From contig NC_058368.1 in assembly GCF_018350175.1 (NCBI RefSeq), positions 80,974,001 to 81,038,000 of the forward strand: a stretch of 64,000 bases of DNA. The letters run 5' to 3'. How positions within the stretch are numbered: the stretch's first letter is position 1; every line of letters starts with the position of its first letter. A model generated the notes under the pieces. It saw only the letters and a program-made list of their open reading frames with translations, searched no databases and had not been told where the DNA came from. A program made the translations under genes and the position numbers. Source of the DNA: Felis catus. Lineage: Eukaryota. Of the stretch, positions 60,815 to 64,000 are shown piece after piece.

Positions 60815-62174
60815 GTTGTCTTGAATCCAAAGGCAGGAGGGATGTGAAATGGGTTGAAATCGGCCATCTGAGCTCTCAGAGCAGAGGCAAGACGACACCC
60901 TTACTCCTGGTGGGTTCTCCACCACCAGCTGATGCCCGGCTCCGTCAGCACAACTGAACCAGAAACATATGGTTTGGAGCCACGTGTCCTCAGGATGATT
61001 GCAGGCTGCAGGTGAGACCCGCCGCGCGGGATGGTAATGACGATTATTGCCGACGATCACTGGGGAACAGAGCAGAGCGCTGTGATTAACGGAGCACTCC
61101 TCAGCCTAAATGGGTCTCGACTGCAGAGATTTGCAGAACCAGGTGGTGCGGGGAGCGTCCTCATCCTCGGAGCAGGAGACGTGGTGCGTGTCTGGTGAGC
61201 AGCGGAGCGGGTGACTTCTCCGTTCGGAGCGGGAAGCGGAAGCCCTTCCGTCCACGCATCAGAGAGAATGCCCTCTAGGCGGGGTTCAGACAGGTCCCCG
61301 GGGAGCCCGCTGGGGCTCTGCCCTCAGAAGCAATTTATGTCTTTCAAGCCAATTAATGAAGTGATCAGATGAACAGTGCCTTCAGATGACGTGACCGTTA
61401 ATTTCCATTTGGCAAACACTGGGGAAGCGCACATTGCGTCAGGCACGGCGCTTGGCTCTGGAGGCCAGAGGCTGCACAGAGCCCTCAAGGAGTTCAAACC
61501 GGTTTAGGGGAGAGTCCACGTGTTCTGCTCAGTTAGTCCCATATTGAAAATGGACACAAATCTGTGTACGTTTAAATATGTGTCTAGACCCGTGCGTCGG
61601 CGTGGAAAGGCCTTTTCCGCAGTCGTTTTAGATTGGGACCTGTGGTTGCACCTGACTCTGGAGCCTAAAGCTTGAGAAGAGTCAGTGCGGTGGGCTGAAC
61701 AAATAGGTCAAAGGTCAGAGGTCACAGGGAACCACAGAGACCTGGGACCCAGGGGTGAGGAGGGCCGAGGGTGTTTGCCGAGTGGCCGTTCGACTGGCAA
61801 CTGCTGGTCTAAAAGGACGCTCTCTGTTCCCTTTCGCAGTTCAGATCTGGTCGGGAGCTGAAGTGTTCCAGTTTATTCTACGCATTGGGTTAGGCCCCGA
61901 TTAGGCATGCTGTGCCTTGGGCCTTGTCCGCTGGACCTATGAAGAAATTCATGACTGGGAAAGTCTGTGAACTCTGGACGGCCTGCTGGGAGCAGGGGCC
62001 TGCTGTGACGGTGGCCTCAGTGGACAGGGCAGCCTGAGTGCTGGTCCCCGAGGCCTCTTTCCCATGGCCAGGGTGCCTCTCCCAGCCAGAGGCCTGGCGT
62101 GAGCTGGCAGCAGGGTGGCCACTGTTCTCGTTTTCCGAGGGGCAGTGGGCTGGTCTCCACCAGTGTAGGAGTCC

Positions 62175-62606
62175 TATCCTCTGGGCGCCCCGCTCCGGGG
62201 TGGGACTGGAGGGGCTTAAAACAACAGGACACTGTTCTCTCCCAGTTCCGAGGCACGGTGTCCAAAACCAAGGTGTGGGTAGGGTCGTGCTCCTTCTAAA
62301 ACCTGTGAGAGAGGATCCTTCCTTGCTTTTTCCAGCTTCCGGTGCTCCTGACCGTCTTCAGCGTCCTTGGCCGGTGGATGCATGGCTCCAGTCTCTTCCT
62401 CTGTCTTCACATGGGCTCCTTTTATGTCTCTGTCTGTCTTCTGTTCTTACAAGGACACCAGTCATGCAGGATTAGGGGCCAGCCCAGCCCCAGTGTGGCT
62501 GCACCTTAACTAGTTACATCTGCCACGACCCTGTTTCCAAATAAGGTCGTGTTCACGGGTAGCGGGAGGGGCATGATTTGTGGGAATGCTAACCAAGCCA
62601 CGGTAC
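62175..62606 (-). mobile_element. MLT1C-like MaLR solo LTR
   Basis: ggcttaaaacaacaggac..tctcccagttc..cttacaaggacaccagtcat..ccttaactagttacatctgccacgaccctgtttccaaataaggtc. Confidence 0.9.
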
Positions 62607-62949
62607 TTGTGAAATGTTCTTTCCAGCCTTGGATTCTGCCTAGTGCCTCAGTGACTACCAGGTGATGTGGCCCAGCCGGGGAGGGGCAGGAGTGCGGCGA
62701 GGGTGGGGGTGGCACATACACATCCCTTCTCAGCACCATGACCGCCCCTGTGACCTGCCTTTGCACGGCTCTCTTCCGGATTGCCTTCGGTCCTTAATCT
62801 GCAGACTCCTTCTAACTGTGTTCTCCTATCACCACTCTGGCCACATTGTCTCCATCAGTGAAAGCACTGGCTGGAGTGCGTAGCTGGAGAAAAATTAACT
62901 GCCAAAGTCTACATGTTACACAGGTACTTGCTGTCCCCCAAGTTTGCAT

Positions 62950-63330
62950 CTACAGCAGTTAAGACATCTATGTTGATGAACTAGATAAACCCTCAGATAT
63001 CAGGCTTAACACTGTAGGAGTTTATTCCCACCTCCCACACAGACGGCTGTGGGTGTTCCTGGCCAGGGGGGTTCTCCAGGTGGCAATTCAGGCATCCAGC
63101 TCTTTCTGTCTTGTGGCCCATCCTCCTCAGCATGTTGTTCCCAAGGGACCAGCAAGGGACAGAACGTGGAGAGTGGCACTCGGGAGGGGCATGCCACTTT
63201 CTTTCATGACCTCCTGCACCTGCTCTGTGCAGGTCCCTGACCAGGAGATCCCCTCGGTGTCGAATCAGAGGGCGGGGCCCTGCCCCCACGGAGCCTTAGT
63301 CTCGTTGGATTAGCATCACCATGAACCCGG
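62950..63330 (-). mobile_element. MLT1J/K-like LTR fragment
   Basis: aaaccctcagatatcaggcttaacactgtaggagtttatt..attcaggcatccagctctttctgtcttgtggc. Confidence 0.45.
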
Positions 63331-63449
63331 TCACCAAGCCGGGATTCCACAGATCAGTCTGCTTCCCTCTCACCTCGGTGTCCAGGCAGGATTTCTGTGG
63401 CCAGCCTAAATCTCAATCAGGATGGCTATTAAACTCAGTGGACTCCTCC

Positions 63450-63865
63450 TCAGCAGCTCCTAAATCTGTCTTCTCTTTGCCACGTGCCACAGAGCCGCCG
63501 CACGGCCTCCCCGCTGACCTTGCCTCTTGTGCTGACCACCTTCTGACTTTGCGTCACCTGCCAACACAGCGATCCTGAGACACCGTGGCTCAGACCGGGC
63601 TGTGGCTGTGCAGTCACACCCCAGTGCTCACCATGTGAGGTCCAAATTCATTATGTAAAGTACTAGACTCTCTGGAACGAGGCCTCTCCCGGTTTCTCCA
63701 TCTTTGTCCCTCAACACCCCCTCACCTCTCTGCTTCTGACCCACAAGCGCTCCGCCCACGCCAACCAAGCCCACTTAACACCTCCTGGCTACAGCACATT
63801 GTTCCTTATGTCTGTGTCCTTGAAGGAAATACGGTTCCTTCCTCTTACCTCTTGGTGAACTCCAA
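63450..63865 (+). mobile_element. L2 fragment
   Basis: C/T-rich degraded L2 3' region: gtccaaattc..cacattgttcctt..cttggtgaactcc. Confidence 0.4.
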
Positions 63866-64000
63866 GAATGAATTCTTTACTTTGATTTTAGTTTCATTTT
63901 TTTTTATCAACTATTAAATATGTAGATAGTTAAAAAGCTAAGTCATTCTCCAACATTTGCACAAAGGACAAAAGGCCTTTGTCCCTGTTTATCCCTGCTT

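Overview
Mammalian genomic DNA from a cat-family (Felidae) carnivore, judged by 17 tRNA-derived CAN-SINEs of the SINEC_Fc type, many with clear target-site duplications (TSDs). The window is GC/CpG-rich and intronic or intergenic. It holds old eutherian repeats (MER58B, MER5-like, MER104-like, several MLT1 solo LTRs, MIR/L2 scraps, degraded L1M elements) and an AT-rich L1-derived block at about 42.3-48.8 kb. I recognise no protein-coding gene: the six-frame ORFs look like chance ORFs in GC-rich DNA or repeat translations. The non-repeat signals are: (i) about ten AT-rich, repeat-free islands with homeobox/SOX/FOX/TCF/POU motifs, resembling an enhancer landscape near a developmental gene; (ii) an orphan CpG-island-like segment near 19-20 kb; (iii) a few well-formed + strand splice sites at 51.0-51.5 kb and 56.1 kb that may be exons of an unidentified transcript; (iv) a very young SINE inserted antisense into the tail of an older SINE. 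I see no convincing evidence of a novel biological system. Repeat subfamily names come from recalled consensus sequences, and boundaries of old repeats are approximate.
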